The notes under the pieces are model-generated. The model searched no databases, was not told where the DNA came from, and worked only from the letters and a program-made list of their open reading frames with translations. Position numbers and translations under genes: made by a program. From an uncultured Candidatus Saccharibacteria bacterium (GTDB lineage Bacteria; Patescibacteriota; Saccharimonadia; Saccharimonadales; CAZARM01), in assembly GCA_964487615.1 (NCBI GenBank), contig CAZARM010000001.1, forward strand, positions 32,226 through 96,225: a DNA stretch of 64,000 nucleotides, written 5' to 3'. This document shows positions 31,669 through 40,961 of the stretch, piece after piece (the first letter of the stretch is position 1; every line of letters begins with the position of its first letter).

Positions 31669-32100
31669 TTACTCCGTAACTACGATCGTGGCTTTCATAT
31701 TGGGGTGAAGCTCACAGTGGTAAGCAAAAGTACCCGCAGCATCAAATGTCATGGTGTACATTTCGCCTTGGTCAAGCGTGCCACTATCTAGCATGCCGCC
31801 CCCATCAGAGGTCACAGTGTGGGCTGTAGAATCTTTATTGGTCCAGGTGACAGTAGCACCCTTCTTGACGGTCAGTTTGGTAGGGGAAAAGGCAAAACCG
31901 GAGATGGTGACTGAGTTGGATGAAGTAGAATCATTCGAGGTGGCTGGAGCCGTTTCGTGCGCAGAATGGTCTTCCGGGGCAGTTGCGGTGCTCGAACTGG
32001 CAGTCTGTGCAGGCTCATCTTTCCGCGTGGCCAGATATACCCCGCCAAGACCCAGAATCGCTACCACGACAACAATGATTATTATCACAGGTTTGCTCAT
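31669..32100 (-). CDS. Membrane-anchored cupredoxin (plastocyanin/amicyanin-like)
   Basis: F.P..L.VK.G.TV.WTN.D...HTV, Y.C..HP.M type-1 copper ligands. Confidence 0.92.
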   Translation of the reverse strand: MSKPVIIIIVVVVAILGLGGVYLATRKDEPAQTASSSTATAPEDHSAHETAPATSNDSTSSNSVTISGFAFSPTKLTVKKGATVTWTNKDSTAHTVTSDGGGMLDSGTLDQGEMYTMTFDAAGTFAYHCELHPNMKATIVVTE

Positions 32101-32205
32101 ATCCCCTCCTTGATTACTGACTAATCATACCATCAAATGTAGTCAAGTCTAAAGAACCCTTAAAGTATGAGAAAATAGAAGTCTAAAGGGGGAGTTTTTA
32201 AACAT

Positions 32206-32598
32206 ATGGATAAGAATAAATGGGTAGTGGCGGCATTAATTGCCGTTGGTGCACTTGTGGCGCTTGTAGCAGTATTGCCCAAAACCAAACAAAGCAGTAC
32301 GGCTGCTAACATCACCCCGCCCACAGTTACCAGAATTACCGCCGAAGAAGTAGCCAGCCACGATAGTCGTGATGATTGTTGGACCGTGATTAATGGCAAA
32401 GTCTACAACATCACCGGCTTTATCTCCAGCCACCCCGGCGGGGACGAAATCTTGCGCGCCTGCGGTATTGATGCCACCAGCTTGTTCACCCAGCGCGAAA
32501 CCAGCAGTGGACAACCTGTCGGCTCGGGGACGCCTCACTCTAGCAGCGCCGCCAGCCAGCTAGCTAGCCTTCAAATCGGTGTGCTGTCATCTAACTAA
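32206..32598 (+). CDS. Cytochrome b5-like heme-binding protein, N-terminal TM
   Basis: EV..H....DCW..I.GKVY..T.F...HPGG......G.DAT..F, second His in PHS. Confidence 0.92.
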   Translation: MDKNKWVVAALIAVGALVALVAVLPKTKQSSTAANITPPTVTRITAEEVASHDSRDDCWTVINGKVYNITGFISSHPGGDEILRACGIDATSLFTQRETSSGQPVGSGTPHSSSAASQLASLQIGVLSSN

Positions 32599-33037
32599 CC
32601 GACCGCTCTGAGATATACTTAACAGTTTCGATATAGTGCTGCAGTTGATCTGTAGGAATTTCGGCTAGCCAGTTATCCATCTTTTGAGCAATAATTTCCT
32701 CAGTGTGCGTCAGCATACGTTGCCCGCGAGGACTTAAGATAACGTGCCTCGACCGACGGTCGCGACGCTGGATCTTTTGCTTGACTAGTTTTTGCTGACC
32801 AACCTTGACCATCAATGCTGTGACTTGGGGCTGCGAAACATCCAGGCGTTTAGCAATCTCGGACAAGCTCAAGCCCTCTTCGGGTCCTTCGCCGATCACG
32901 CCCAACAGCAGCCACTCCATCATCGTAAGTTTCAAATAATCAAGTTGGTCGGCCACTAGTGCTCTTAGCACTCTATCGGCTCTGGAATGGAGCAGACAGG
33001 CCTGGTACATCGTAATTATTTTGCCCTGGTCAGCCAT
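32591..33037 (-). CDS. MarR family transcriptional regulator
   Basis: winged HTH with DRRS..V.L...G. Confidence 0.87.
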   Translation of the reverse strand: MADQGKIITMYQACLLHSRADRVLRALVADQLDYLKLTMMEWLLLGVIGEGPEEGLSLSEIAKRLDVSQPQVTALMVKVGQQKLVKQKIQRRDRRSRHVILSPRGQRMLTHTEEIIAQKMDNWLAEIPTDQLQHYIETVKYISERSVS

Positions 33038-33107
33038 ACCATCACAGCTTGTAGAAAAAACTTCAACTTGTAAAGTAAAATTCCGCCTTTATTGCTGTTA
33101 GTAAAAT

Positions 33108-34076
33108 TTACTGCGAAACTTCAGATGCTTTAGCCCTGGCATGAGGCTCTAGGTACTGGCGAATCATTAAAGCAGCTGTGGCTCCCTCGCCGGCTGCACT
33201 AGCGATTTGCATGGTGGCGCCACTGCGCACATCACCAGCTGCAAACACACCCGGCATCGTGGTTTCTAAGTGATTGTTGGTCTTGATCATACCGACTTCA
33301 TCTAACTCCACCGCACTACTTTTTAAGAATTGCGTATTCGGCAACAAGCCAATAAATACAAATACACCGTCGGTTTCAAAACTAACTTTTTTGCTTGTCA
33401 GGGCATCGGTAGCGCTGACCGAAACCACTTTGTTGTCAGCTCCGCCAACAATTTCATCGACGGGCGTATTGAAGTGGACGGTAATTTTGTCGGCGTGTTG
33501 CTTGAGCTCTTGTTGCAGCACATCAGAAGCTCTGAAAGCCGGACCGCGAACCAACATGTCAATTCTGGTCGCAAAACGAGTTAAGAAGATTGCTTCCTGA
33601 ACAGCCGAGTTACCACCGCCGACGACCACTAAGCGCTTATCTCGGTAAAAAGCTCCGTCACAGGTGGCACAGTAGTGCACTCCGCGGCCGTAATACTGCT
33701 GCTCGCCCGGAATGCCTAGTTTTTTGTAATCACTGCCGGTGGCTATCAGTACGGCTCGAGCATGCATGTCGCCTTCCGAGGTCTTGAGTAGCTTGTAGTC
33801 GCCTTTGTCCTCAATGCTCATCACTTCGCCCAAGCGAATGTCTGCCCCAAAGCGTTCGGCTTGTTTCTCCAGAGCCTGACCGAGTTCTAAGCCGGCAATG
33901 CCGTCGGCAAAACCTGGATAGTTATCTACCCAGTCGGTTATCGAGGCCAAGCCGCCGATGACACCTTTTTCAAATAACACGGTATCTATATCTTCGCGTG
34001 TGGTATAGATGGCCGCACTTAAAGACGCTGGGCCAGCCCCCACCATCACCACATCATGCGTTTCTATATCAGCCAT
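33108..34076 (-). CDS. trxB: Thioredoxin reductase
   Basis: GAGPA, CATCDG, GGGNSAV.EA, GVFAAGD. Confidence 0.95.
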   Translation of the reverse strand: MADIETHDVVMVGAGPASLSAAIYTTREDIDTVLFEKGVIGGLASITDWVDNYPGFADGIAGLELGQALEKQAERFGADIRLGEVMSIEDKGDYKLLKTSEGDMHARAVLIATGSDYKKLGIPGEQQYYGRGVHYCATCDGAFYRDKRLVVVGGGNSAVQEAIFLTRFATRIDMLVRGPAFRASDVLQQELKQHADKITVHFNTPVDEIVGGADNKVVSVSATDALTSKKVSFETDGVFVFIGLLPNTQFLKSSAVELDEVGMIKTNNHLETTMPGVFAAGDVRSGATMQIASAAGEGATAALMIRQYLEPHARAKASEVSQ

Positions 34077-34124
34077 CTTAATTTATCCATTCTATCATTT
34101 GCAAAGTCTACTTTCTACGCTGCA

Positions 34125-34245
34125 CTTAGTGCTTTTCAGGGATGCAGTACAAGGCAGGAGCGAGGAACGCAAAGGAGCGGTATTCAAATACCCTGACTGC
34201 GTACCGGAGCTCCTAGCGCCGTAATGCGCCCTGAAAAGTACTAAG
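34125..34245. repeat. Palindromic intergenic element (RPE/MITE-like)
   Basis: 17-bp terminal inverted repeat CTTAGTGCTTTTCAGGG / CCCTGAAAAGTACTAAG (one G-T) with internal GGAGC hairpins; overlaps the glutaredoxin stop codon. Confidence 0.65.
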
Positions 34246-34492
34246 CCGCGACTGCAGGGGCGAGGCGGGCTAAGTTGAAGCCAACAACAACTTCTCTAGT
34301 ATTATCTTCTTTGGTAACCACGGTAACCGGCACTGTCAGGGCGCCGCTCAATTCCAACGCTTCAGCCTGACGCTCGGGATGCTGGTCTATATTGACTTCC
34401 TCGTAAGCATGGCCTTTGCTGCCTAACCATTTTTTGACCATTACGCAGTAAGCGCAGGTGTTGGTAGTGAAGATAGTGATGTTTTTGGCCAT
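34241..34492 (-). CDS. Glutaredoxin / NrdH-like redoxin
   Basis: CAYC motif, TVPV, VVGF; upstream of trxB. Confidence 0.9.
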   Translation of the reverse strand: MAKNITIFTTNTCAYCVMVKKWLGSKGHAYEEVNIDQHPERQAEALELSGALTVPVTVVTKEDNTREVVVGFNLARLAPAVAA

Positions 34493-34601
34493 AATTTGTC
34501 CCTCTTTTCGTGCAACTTTTAGTGTTTATATGCTTATGTCTACCTATTGTATATAGCGTTTGCAGTTATTTCAAGACGCTATATGTTGTGTTTTTTTACT
34601 G

Positions 34602-35141
34602 CTACTGTTTTACGCTGACCAGCTCGATATCAAACACCAGGTCAGCGTCAGGGGGGATTCCTGAGCCTTGCGGTGGTGTGGATCCGTATGCTTGAGCTGC
34701 CGGTATCAGTAAGCGACGCGTGCCGCCGACTTTCATGCCTGGAACACCGTCCGTCCAGCCCTTGATCACTTGGTCCAGTCCAAATTCTACCGGTTGATTT
34801 GGGCCGTCGTGAGAACTTTGAAATATAATCCCTGTTGCCGCTACTGCTCCAGTGTAATGAGCCGTGACTGTTGCTCCCTGCTTAACAACCTCCCCGTCAC
34901 CTACGACCAGATCTATAATTTTCAGTGAGTCGACCTTAGCGACCGGCTCAAAGTTTTGTAGTTTTGTACCTTCCAATGTTGCCCCCGTCTGTTTAGTTTG
35001 ATCATTAATCACTTGCGAGTCAGTCGGGTTAGTAGGCTGTTTGTGCATTTCCCAGATCACGTAAATACTAAAACCGATCGATGACACCAAGAACAGTGCT
35101 GCCGCCAGTAGTGCAAAGACACGTTGATGCATTTTTGCCAC
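34602..35141 (-). CDS. FKBP-type peptidyl-prolyl isomerase, membrane-anchored
   Basis: HYTG, VIKGW..G..GMKVGG.R.L.IP...AYG, IPP...LVF.IEL. Confidence 0.94.
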   Translation of the reverse strand: MAKMHQRVFALLAAALFLVSSIGFSIYVIWEMHKQPTNPTDSQVINDQTKQTGATLEGTKLQNFEPVAKVDSLKIIDLVVGDGEVVKQGATVTAHYTGAVAATGIIFQSSHDGPNQPVEFGLDQVIKGWTDGVPGMKVGGTRRLLIPAAQAYGSTPPQGSGIPPDADLVFDIELVSVKQ

Positions 35142-35211
35142 GTTGTTACCTCCTTAGTCGTACGTCAAGTATAGCGACGTAGCGAAGCTTCGCCAACAAC
35201 ATTAGCAGATA

Positions 35212-38070
35212 TTACGACACTTTGGTTGAGATGCGGCGGTACAACTTGGGGTAGACGAACGTCAGAGCCAAATACACCATCAGCAATAGGCCAAAGTTAA
35301 TATGCAACAAGCTGCTGATAGCCACCACAGCTACCAGACCTGCTAGCCAGGAAAGGGCTTTGGCGCGGCTAACTTTTTGGCGTAAAAACTCGGCTCCGAG
35401 ATAGTAGTATGGGAAAACCGTGACAACCAGTAGCGTGTTGGACAACAGGCCAAAGATCAACACCACAGCCAAACCTTCCCAGAATGGACTGGCCAGCGCT
35501 AGCGGGATAAGCGATACAACGGCCGTCATGCTGGTGGCAAACAACGGACGGAAACGTTCTTCCAGAGCGGCTACTGCGGCATCAATGGCCCCGGCGCCCT
35601 CATGCCGTTTCTGGTTAGCAAAGTCTGTCAGCAGAATGGTGTTTTTGATGCTCAGGCCAATTAGAGCAAAGAAGCCCAGCATAGTGAAAAAGCTGATGGC
35701 GTTATCAGTCAGATTAAGACCCAGCATAATGCCAAAGAAGCTAAACGGAATGGCCATGAAGATCAGGAGGGGCTGCAGCAAGGAGCGGAACTGGAAGGCC
35801 AGCAGGATAAACATGACGACTAGCAGTATTGGGAAGGCCAAAGCCAAAGTGCGGAAGGAGTCTTGGTTTTCTGATTCGAACCCTATATTGTAATTGATCT
35901 TGTCGGTTGACAGACCAAACTGACTGAGCTTGGTGTTATTGAATTCTTTTTCCAAACTATTTTGGGCCAGGGTGACGAGAGTGGTGGTATCGGTGCCATC
36001 AAAATTGGCGGTTACCGTTACCACTGGCCGGTTATCAACCCTTAAGTATTGGTCAGGACTGGAGACGTTGACGTTTACGAAGTGAGCGGTTGTGCCATTT
36101 ACCCTTATGAGTTCAGTGTTTTTCATGTAGCTTTCATAGGCGGCGGCGGCTTTGAAGGCGTCCTGACGATTAGTCGAATCAATTTCAACAGTAAAGGCCG
36201 CAGAGGGGGGGCCAATGTCAACTTGGGCTACCGAGACTCGGGCGGCCTTAAAGTCACCGTCATACTTCTCCTGCAACTGTTTAACCAGTTCCGGCGACGT
36301 CACTTCGCGCTTATTGTAATTAGTCAGTTCAATTTGCTCGCTGGCCGTTTGGGCATTGCCTGTTCCATAGTACGAAGAATGTACAAAGTTTTGTCCGACC
36401 ACCTGGGCGGCCAGCTGGTCAGCTTGCCCAGCAATTGCCTGGGCCTCCTCCACGCTGGTGCCTTGAGGAAAGTTAATGGCCAATGCTAAGCCGTTGGTGT
36501 CCTTGGTGGGGGGGAAGATGTTAAACACCACATTTTTGGCTATCAACCCACCGGCCAATACAAATCCTAGGCCGATGAAGACAGCTGTTAAGCCAACACC
36601 GAACAGTTTCTTGCGTGAGCCCCGAGCCCATAACATCGGTCGGGTAATGAAGCCTGCGACCTTGGCTTCAAAGCCCGCAGCTACTTCTTTGACCCCTTGC
36701 TTGCCCATTTGCTTTTTGCCCAGTAGCACGAAGCGTGCAAAGAACGGAATGAAGATTAGAGCCACCAGCAAGCTGATAAGCAAAGATATGATGATGGTCA
36801 CTGGAATCGCTTGGATGAAGTCGCCCAAGATTCCACCGACGAATAGTAACGGCACAAAACTCAAACAAGCTGTTAGCGTCGCTGCAACCATCGCCCGGCT
36901 AACTTTCCGGGTGGCCGTCCGTACGGCTTCGCGGGCATCTTTTTCTTTGCCCCTCGCCGCATCGATGGCTTCAACCATAATAATCGTGTCGTCGACGATT
37001 AAGGCCAGCCCCAGAATAAGTGCAAACAGGGTTATGACGTTCAACGTATAGCCGATCAAGTACAGTACGCCCAAACTGGTCACCAGCACGGTGACCATTG
37101 AAACTACGGTGATTAGCGAGGCCCGGATGGCAATAACTAACGAGCCTACTATCAAAACGGCCAGCAAGCCTTCGAGTAACACGCGCTGGAGCTCGCTGAG
37201 GCTGTCTTTGATGCTGGGCGCTGAACTGGCGCTCACCTCACCACTGTAGTCAGCAAATGCCGGATCATGTTTCAGCTGGTCTAGAACGCCGCGGACTTGT
37301 TCATCAAATTTTATGACATCAGCACCATCGGTTTTAGTGACACCAATGATTATCGAATTGAAGAAGTTGGTCTGCTCCTGCTTCTCGCCGTAACGGTCAA
37401 AGCTACGCTGAATGTCCGTTGCGTGGCCAGTTGATACGTCAGTGGCAGTTTCAAACTGGGTTTTTAGAAAAACCGATTTAACTAGCTCGGGTTTGTGGTC
37501 ATTCAACCATTTAACGGCCGACTCAGCCTTTGCGCTGGTATCGGCAACTGAAGCAGTTCCCTTTGTATTGAAAAATGAGACTGCCGCATCAATCGGTTGG
37601 ACATCGCCACCAGTGGCGCCAAAATACAGCACATCGTACTGCGCTTGGACAGAAGCTGGTAAGACGCCCGAATCCTTAACCGCTTGCTCGAAAGCCTTGG
37701 TGGCGACGCTGGAGTCTACATTTTCCTTGTACTGCAGACTGATGCTAAAGAAGTTGTCAGTACTCTGACCCTGGACCGTGCTAACCCCCGCCTGATGAGT
37801 GGCAATCTCGGTCATCGGTTTAACCACGTCTTGGTCGACCCTGGCCGGATCATTTACGAAATAAGTGCCATTAACAATGGCGAAGGGCACGTTAACACTC
37901 GGGAAACCTTCACGTCTGAGCAAAGTCGTATAACTGGCAATACCGAACACGGCGATGGCTAGCCATATGAGCGCTGTGAGTTTTGGTCGGTCAAAGAAAG
38001 CGGTGGTCAGTTTTGGTAGGAATTTATCACGCGGTTGCTTGTTGGTTGGCTTGTGTCGTCGCAGTAACAT
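35212..38070 (-). CDS. RND (AcrB/AcrD/AcrF family) efflux permease
   Basis: LN..TLF.L.L..LIVDD.I, R.RP...TS.T, multi-TM two-repeat topology. Confidence 0.9.
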   Translation of the reverse strand: MLLRRHKPTNKQPRDKFLPKLTTAFFDRPKLTALIWLAIAVFGIASYTTLLRREGFPSVNVPFAIVNGTYFVNDPARVDQDVVKPMTEIATHQAGVSTVQGQSTDNFFSISLQYKENVDSSVATKAFEQAVKDSGVLPASVQAQYDVLYFGATGGDVQPIDAAVSFFNTKGTASVADTSAKAESAVKWLNDHKPELVKSVFLKTQFETATDVSTGHATDIQRSFDRYGEKQEQTNFFNSIIIGVTKTDGADVIKFDEQVRGVLDQLKHDPAFADYSGEVSASSAPSIKDSLSELQRVLLEGLLAVLIVGSLVIAIRASLITVVSMVTVLVTSLGVLYLIGYTLNVITLFALILGLALIVDDTIIMVEAIDAARGKEKDAREAVRTATRKVSRAMVAATLTACLSFVPLLFVGGILGDFIQAIPVTIIISLLISLLVALIFIPFFARFVLLGKKQMGKQGVKEVAAGFEAKVAGFITRPMLWARGSRKKLFGVGLTAVFIGLGFVLAGGLIAKNVVFNIFPPTKDTNGLALAINFPQGTSVEEAQAIAGQADQLAAQVVGQNFVHSSYYGTGNAQTASEQIELTNYNKREVTSPELVKQLQEKYDGDFKAARVSVAQVDIGPPSAAFTVEIDSTNRQDAFKAAAAYESYMKNTELIRVNGTTAHFVNVNVSSPDQYLRVDNRPVVTVTANFDGTDTTTLVTLAQNSLEKEFNNTKLSQFGLSTDKINYNIGFESENQDSFRTLALAFPILLVVMFILLAFQFRSLLQPLLIFMAIPFSFFGIMLGLNLTDNAISFFTMLGFFALIGLSIKNTILLTDFANQKRHEGAGAIDAAVAALEERFRPLFATSMTAVVSLIPLALASPFWEGLAVVLIFGLLSNTLLVVTVFPYYYLGAEFLRQKVSRAKALSWLAGLVAVVAISSLLHINFGLLLMVYLALTFVYPKLYRRISTKVS

Positions 38071-38092
38071 GATGGTCAGATCCTCTGTAACT

Positions 38093-39868
38093 TTAGGTTG
38101 CTATGTCAAACTTCTGCAATTTCTTCTTGTTGAGCTCGGAGCGCTTGCCTCGCTGCAATTCCAGTAGCTGGGCATAGATGCCACCACTCTTAGATAGTTT
38201 AGCAGGTGAACCAATTTCGTCGATAGTGCCGTTTCTGAGCGTAATGATTTGGTCAACGTGACTGATGGTACTTAAGCGGTGGGCAATAATGATGGTGGTA
38301 CGTCCGCGCATTAGTCGTTCCAGAGCTTCCTGGACCATGCCCTCGGACCGGCTGTCTAGACTGCTCGTGGCTTCGTCCAAGATTAAAATTGGCGCGTCCT
38401 TGAGCAAGGCCCGGGCTATGGCAATGCGCTGTTTTTGACCTCCAGAAAGTTTCAGCCCACGCTCACCAATTTCGGCATCGTAACCATCATCTAACTTGCT
38501 GATAAACTCGTGGGCATTGGCGGCTTTGGCGGCCGCAACAACCTGTTCTTCCGTAGCACCGTGGTGTGCGTAAGAGATATTTTCTCTAATCGTTCCGGAA
38601 AATAGGGCTGGCTCCTGAAAAACCACGCCGATGCCCTGGCGAAGGCTATTCTGGGTGACTGATTGGATGTCTTGACCATCAATAGTAATATTGCCTTTTT
38701 CTGGCTCATAAAGCCTCAGTAGTAGGTTAGTTAGGGTGGTTTTGCCCTCGCCACTCTCGCCCACCAAGGCAATTTTGGTATCTGGCTCAATGCTTAGCGT
38801 TATATCGTGTAATACCGGTTGTTTTTGATCGTAACTAAAGCTAACGCCGTCAAATTCAATCTGACCCTGCTTGACCTGAAGCTTTTTGGCATTCGAATGA
38901 TCTGATATTTCTGGCCGCAGATTCATAACCTCGAAGTAGTCACGGCTATCGGCTACGGCCTTCTGGGTATTTTCTACCAAGAAGCTAATAGTAAAGATTG
39001 GGATGCGGATTTGCTGCGATAGCAATATCAGGGCAACTGCCACGCCCGGCGTATAAACACCATGGGCAGCCTGCAAAAATATAAACAGATAGACAAAAAA
39101 GAACGTTACGTTTAGCACCAGCCGGCGGCGGACATCGCGGGTATGCCAAAAGTTTGATTGCGGGCGGTTGATCTCGACCGCCTTTTGGAGCCTAGCGGTA
39201 AAGAAGTTTAGTTCCCGCTTTTCTGTAATGAAGCTTTTGACGACCTTGACCTGACCGATGGCTTCGGCAAAGCGACCAGTGGCGATGTCAGACTGCAAGT
39301 TTTTTTCAGCCTGGTACTGTTGCCAGGTGTTGCTGGTTCTAACCGTTAGCCAGATGTATATCGGGTACAGGGCTAATAGCAGCAGCGCTACTGGCCAACT
39401 ATAGTACGCCACCACAACCAGCGAGAAAATCGTCGTTAGAATAAACTGCAGGAAGTTATTGCTCATCATTTGCATGAAATTAGCAATCTGCAGAATAGAG
39501 CGATTTAAGCGGTTGATGATTTTGCCTGACAATTCGGTGTCAAAATAACGCTGGGGTAGGCTCAGCAAGTGTTCATAGTAGCGAACTGATAGGATTTTAA
39601 TGAGCTTGGCAGACATCTGATCGCCTAGGTAACCACCGACATTGTTAAGCACTGTGCCCATGACGTCCAACACAAAGATTCCTAAGGCTATCAAACCCAA
39701 GTAACGGAAGGAGGCGGTAGACCCTTTGCGGATTTCATCAATCGCCCAACCGCTCAAGATTGGCAGGAGCAAGCCGCTGAGACTAACCAGCACCATGATA
39801 ATGCTGATACCAACGTAGTAGCCGCGCAGCTCACTGGCCGATTTTAAAATCTTGATAATGTGTTTCAT
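38093..39868 (-). CDS. ABC exporter, fused permease/ATPase (MsbA-like)
   Basis: 6 TM, GESGEGKT, LSGGQKQR, ILDEATS. Confidence 0.93.
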   Translation of the reverse strand: MKHIIKILKSASELRGYYVGISIIMVLVSLSGLLLPILSGWAIDEIRKGSTASFRYLGLIALGIFVLDVMGTVLNNVGGYLGDQMSAKLIKILSVRYYEHLLSLPQRYFDTELSGKIINRLNRSILQIANFMQMMSNNFLQFILTTIFSLVVVAYYSWPVALLLLALYPIYIWLTVRTSNTWQQYQAEKNLQSDIATGRFAEAIGQVKVVKSFITEKRELNFFTARLQKAVEINRPQSNFWHTRDVRRRLVLNVTFFFVYLFIFLQAAHGVYTPGVAVALILLSQQIRIPIFTISFLVENTQKAVADSRDYFEVMNLRPEISDHSNAKKLQVKQGQIEFDGVSFSYDQKQPVLHDITLSIEPDTKIALVGESGEGKTTLTNLLLRLYEPEKGNITIDGQDIQSVTQNSLRQGIGVVFQEPALFSGTIRENISYAHHGATEEQVVAAAKAANAHEFISKLDDGYDAEIGERGLKLSGGQKQRIAIARALLKDAPILILDEATSSLDSRSEGMVQEALERLMRGRTTIIIAHRLSTISHVDQIITLRNGTIDEIGSPAKLSKSGGIYAQLLELQRGKRSELNKKKLQKFDIAT

Positions 39869-39970
39869 TATCTAAAGCTTAACAGGCTAAGTTAGCCTTG
39901 CCTACCTGTTTTTGATTGACTAATCTTCCAAAACTTACGAACAGCTATGTGTTCTTAAACTTTGGGAGAA

Positions 39971-40715
39971 GACAGATGTGAGAAGTTTTATAGAAAAGAA
40001 AGGGAGCGAAGGCTCGACCAAACATTTTCTAACCTGCGTCAGTTATCTCCTTGTAGAACCAGTGGGTCCCCGACCTCGCGACTTTGCGCGGGAGCAGATG
40101 GCTGCGAGGTCGGGGACACCTGCTGGGGTGGTAAGAGCGTGGACTGCTCTCTTACCGCATGGGGCCTAGGGCCTCACGAATGGGCCTGGCGGTTGTTCAC
40201 ACGCATCTTTCCAGCGGCGGGTGCTGAAACGACGGGGATCACACCACCAGGCACCAAATGGAGCTATAAATTACAGCTCTCGAACTTGACCAGTGGTCTC
40301 TCGTAGCGCCGTTGTACGGGCAGTTTCGCATATCTGCGTCGCTGACACTACGAGAGACTCACCGGGCTGGTGGGGCGAAATCGGGAAACGCCAGGTCGGG
40401 GCGAACGGCCTGCAGCGACAGAACACGGACGAAGTTTCTTCGTACGCCTGGAACTCCATCTCTGGAATACGCTTCCCTTGCTCCGCCAGTAGGACTCGAA
40501 CCTACAACCTCCTCACCTGAGTGAAGTGCTCTGCCATTGAGCTATGACGAAAGGAACTTTTAACTACATCGTAGTCTATGATGACTATTCACGTACTCGC
40601 GAACAAACATCATAGACCACTGGGCAAAAAATTCCTGCCGGGCTATCCTAGTTCAAAAAATAACTTAAATCACATCTGTCAAAGTACGTTTCAGGAGCCA
40701 AAACTCAACCGAAAC
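39971..40715 (-). ncRNA. Candidate large structured non-coding RNA cassette closed by an 11-bp long-range stem
   Basis: GACAGATGTGA (39971-39981) and TCACATCTGTC (40670-40680) are exact complements; perfect internal stems at 40066-40117, 40296-40358 and 40574-40617; embedded tRNA-like domain; no convincing ORF. Confidence 0.6.
40481..40551 (-). tRNA. tRNA-like element / pseudo-tRNA with 6-nt anticodon loop (CUCAGG) and no CCA
   Basis: TTCGTCA-TA-GCTC-AATGGCA-GAGC-A-CTTCA-CTCAGG-TGAGG-AGGTT-GTAGG-TTCGAGT-CCTAC-TGGCGGA-G: canonical D and T arms, 7-bp acceptor stem with 2 G-U pairs. Confidence 0.7.
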
Positions 40716-40751
40716 AGCTTCATTTATACCACAAGAGCCAACTTCTATCAA
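40675..40751 (-). promoter_or_regulatory. Sigma70 promoter plus bulged hairpin and boxA-like leader (cassette 1)
   Basis: TTGATA-17 bp-TATAAA with TGn; hairpin 40688-40715; CGTACTTTGACAGA. Confidence 0.65.
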
Positions 40752-40790
40752 CTATAATTACCCACTAGGGACGCTCTAGACAGCACGGAT

Positions 40791-40961
40791 GTCACGCCTC
40801 TCCACTATAGTGCCAGCCATTTTCTCCACCAGAAGCGGACCAGGCTGTACAACAAGGTACTGCTTGGGAGTATCGGAGTTGACAAATGGCTGTGGTGCAA
40901 AGAGATTAGCGGTGCTGTTGGCTCCTGCCAGCAGGCAGGCTAATCGGTGGAGAGGCATGAC
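40791..40961. other. Structured ~170-nt intergenic element (branched fold)
   Basis: 15-bp closing stem GTCACGCCTCTCCAC / GTGGAGAGGCATGAC (one mismatch, G-U on minus); internal stems CAGCCATTT/AAATGGCTG and GATTAGC/GCTAATC. Confidence 0.55.

Noticed and set aside
39962-40524. Short ORFs of 62-114 aa in the cassette 1 region
   Set aside because: No recognisable motifs or clear initiation signals; they overlap perfect stems and the tRNA-like domain.
40481-40551. Reading the tRNA-like element as a UCA (opal/Sec) tRNA implying recoding
   Set aside because: UCA is not positioned after a U33, there is no long Sec variable arm, and genes in the window use TGA as a normal stop.
39900-40960. CRISPR array, tmRNA, RNase P RNA or rRNA fragment
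   Set aside because: No direct repeat-spacer periodicity and none of the conserved signature sequences were found.
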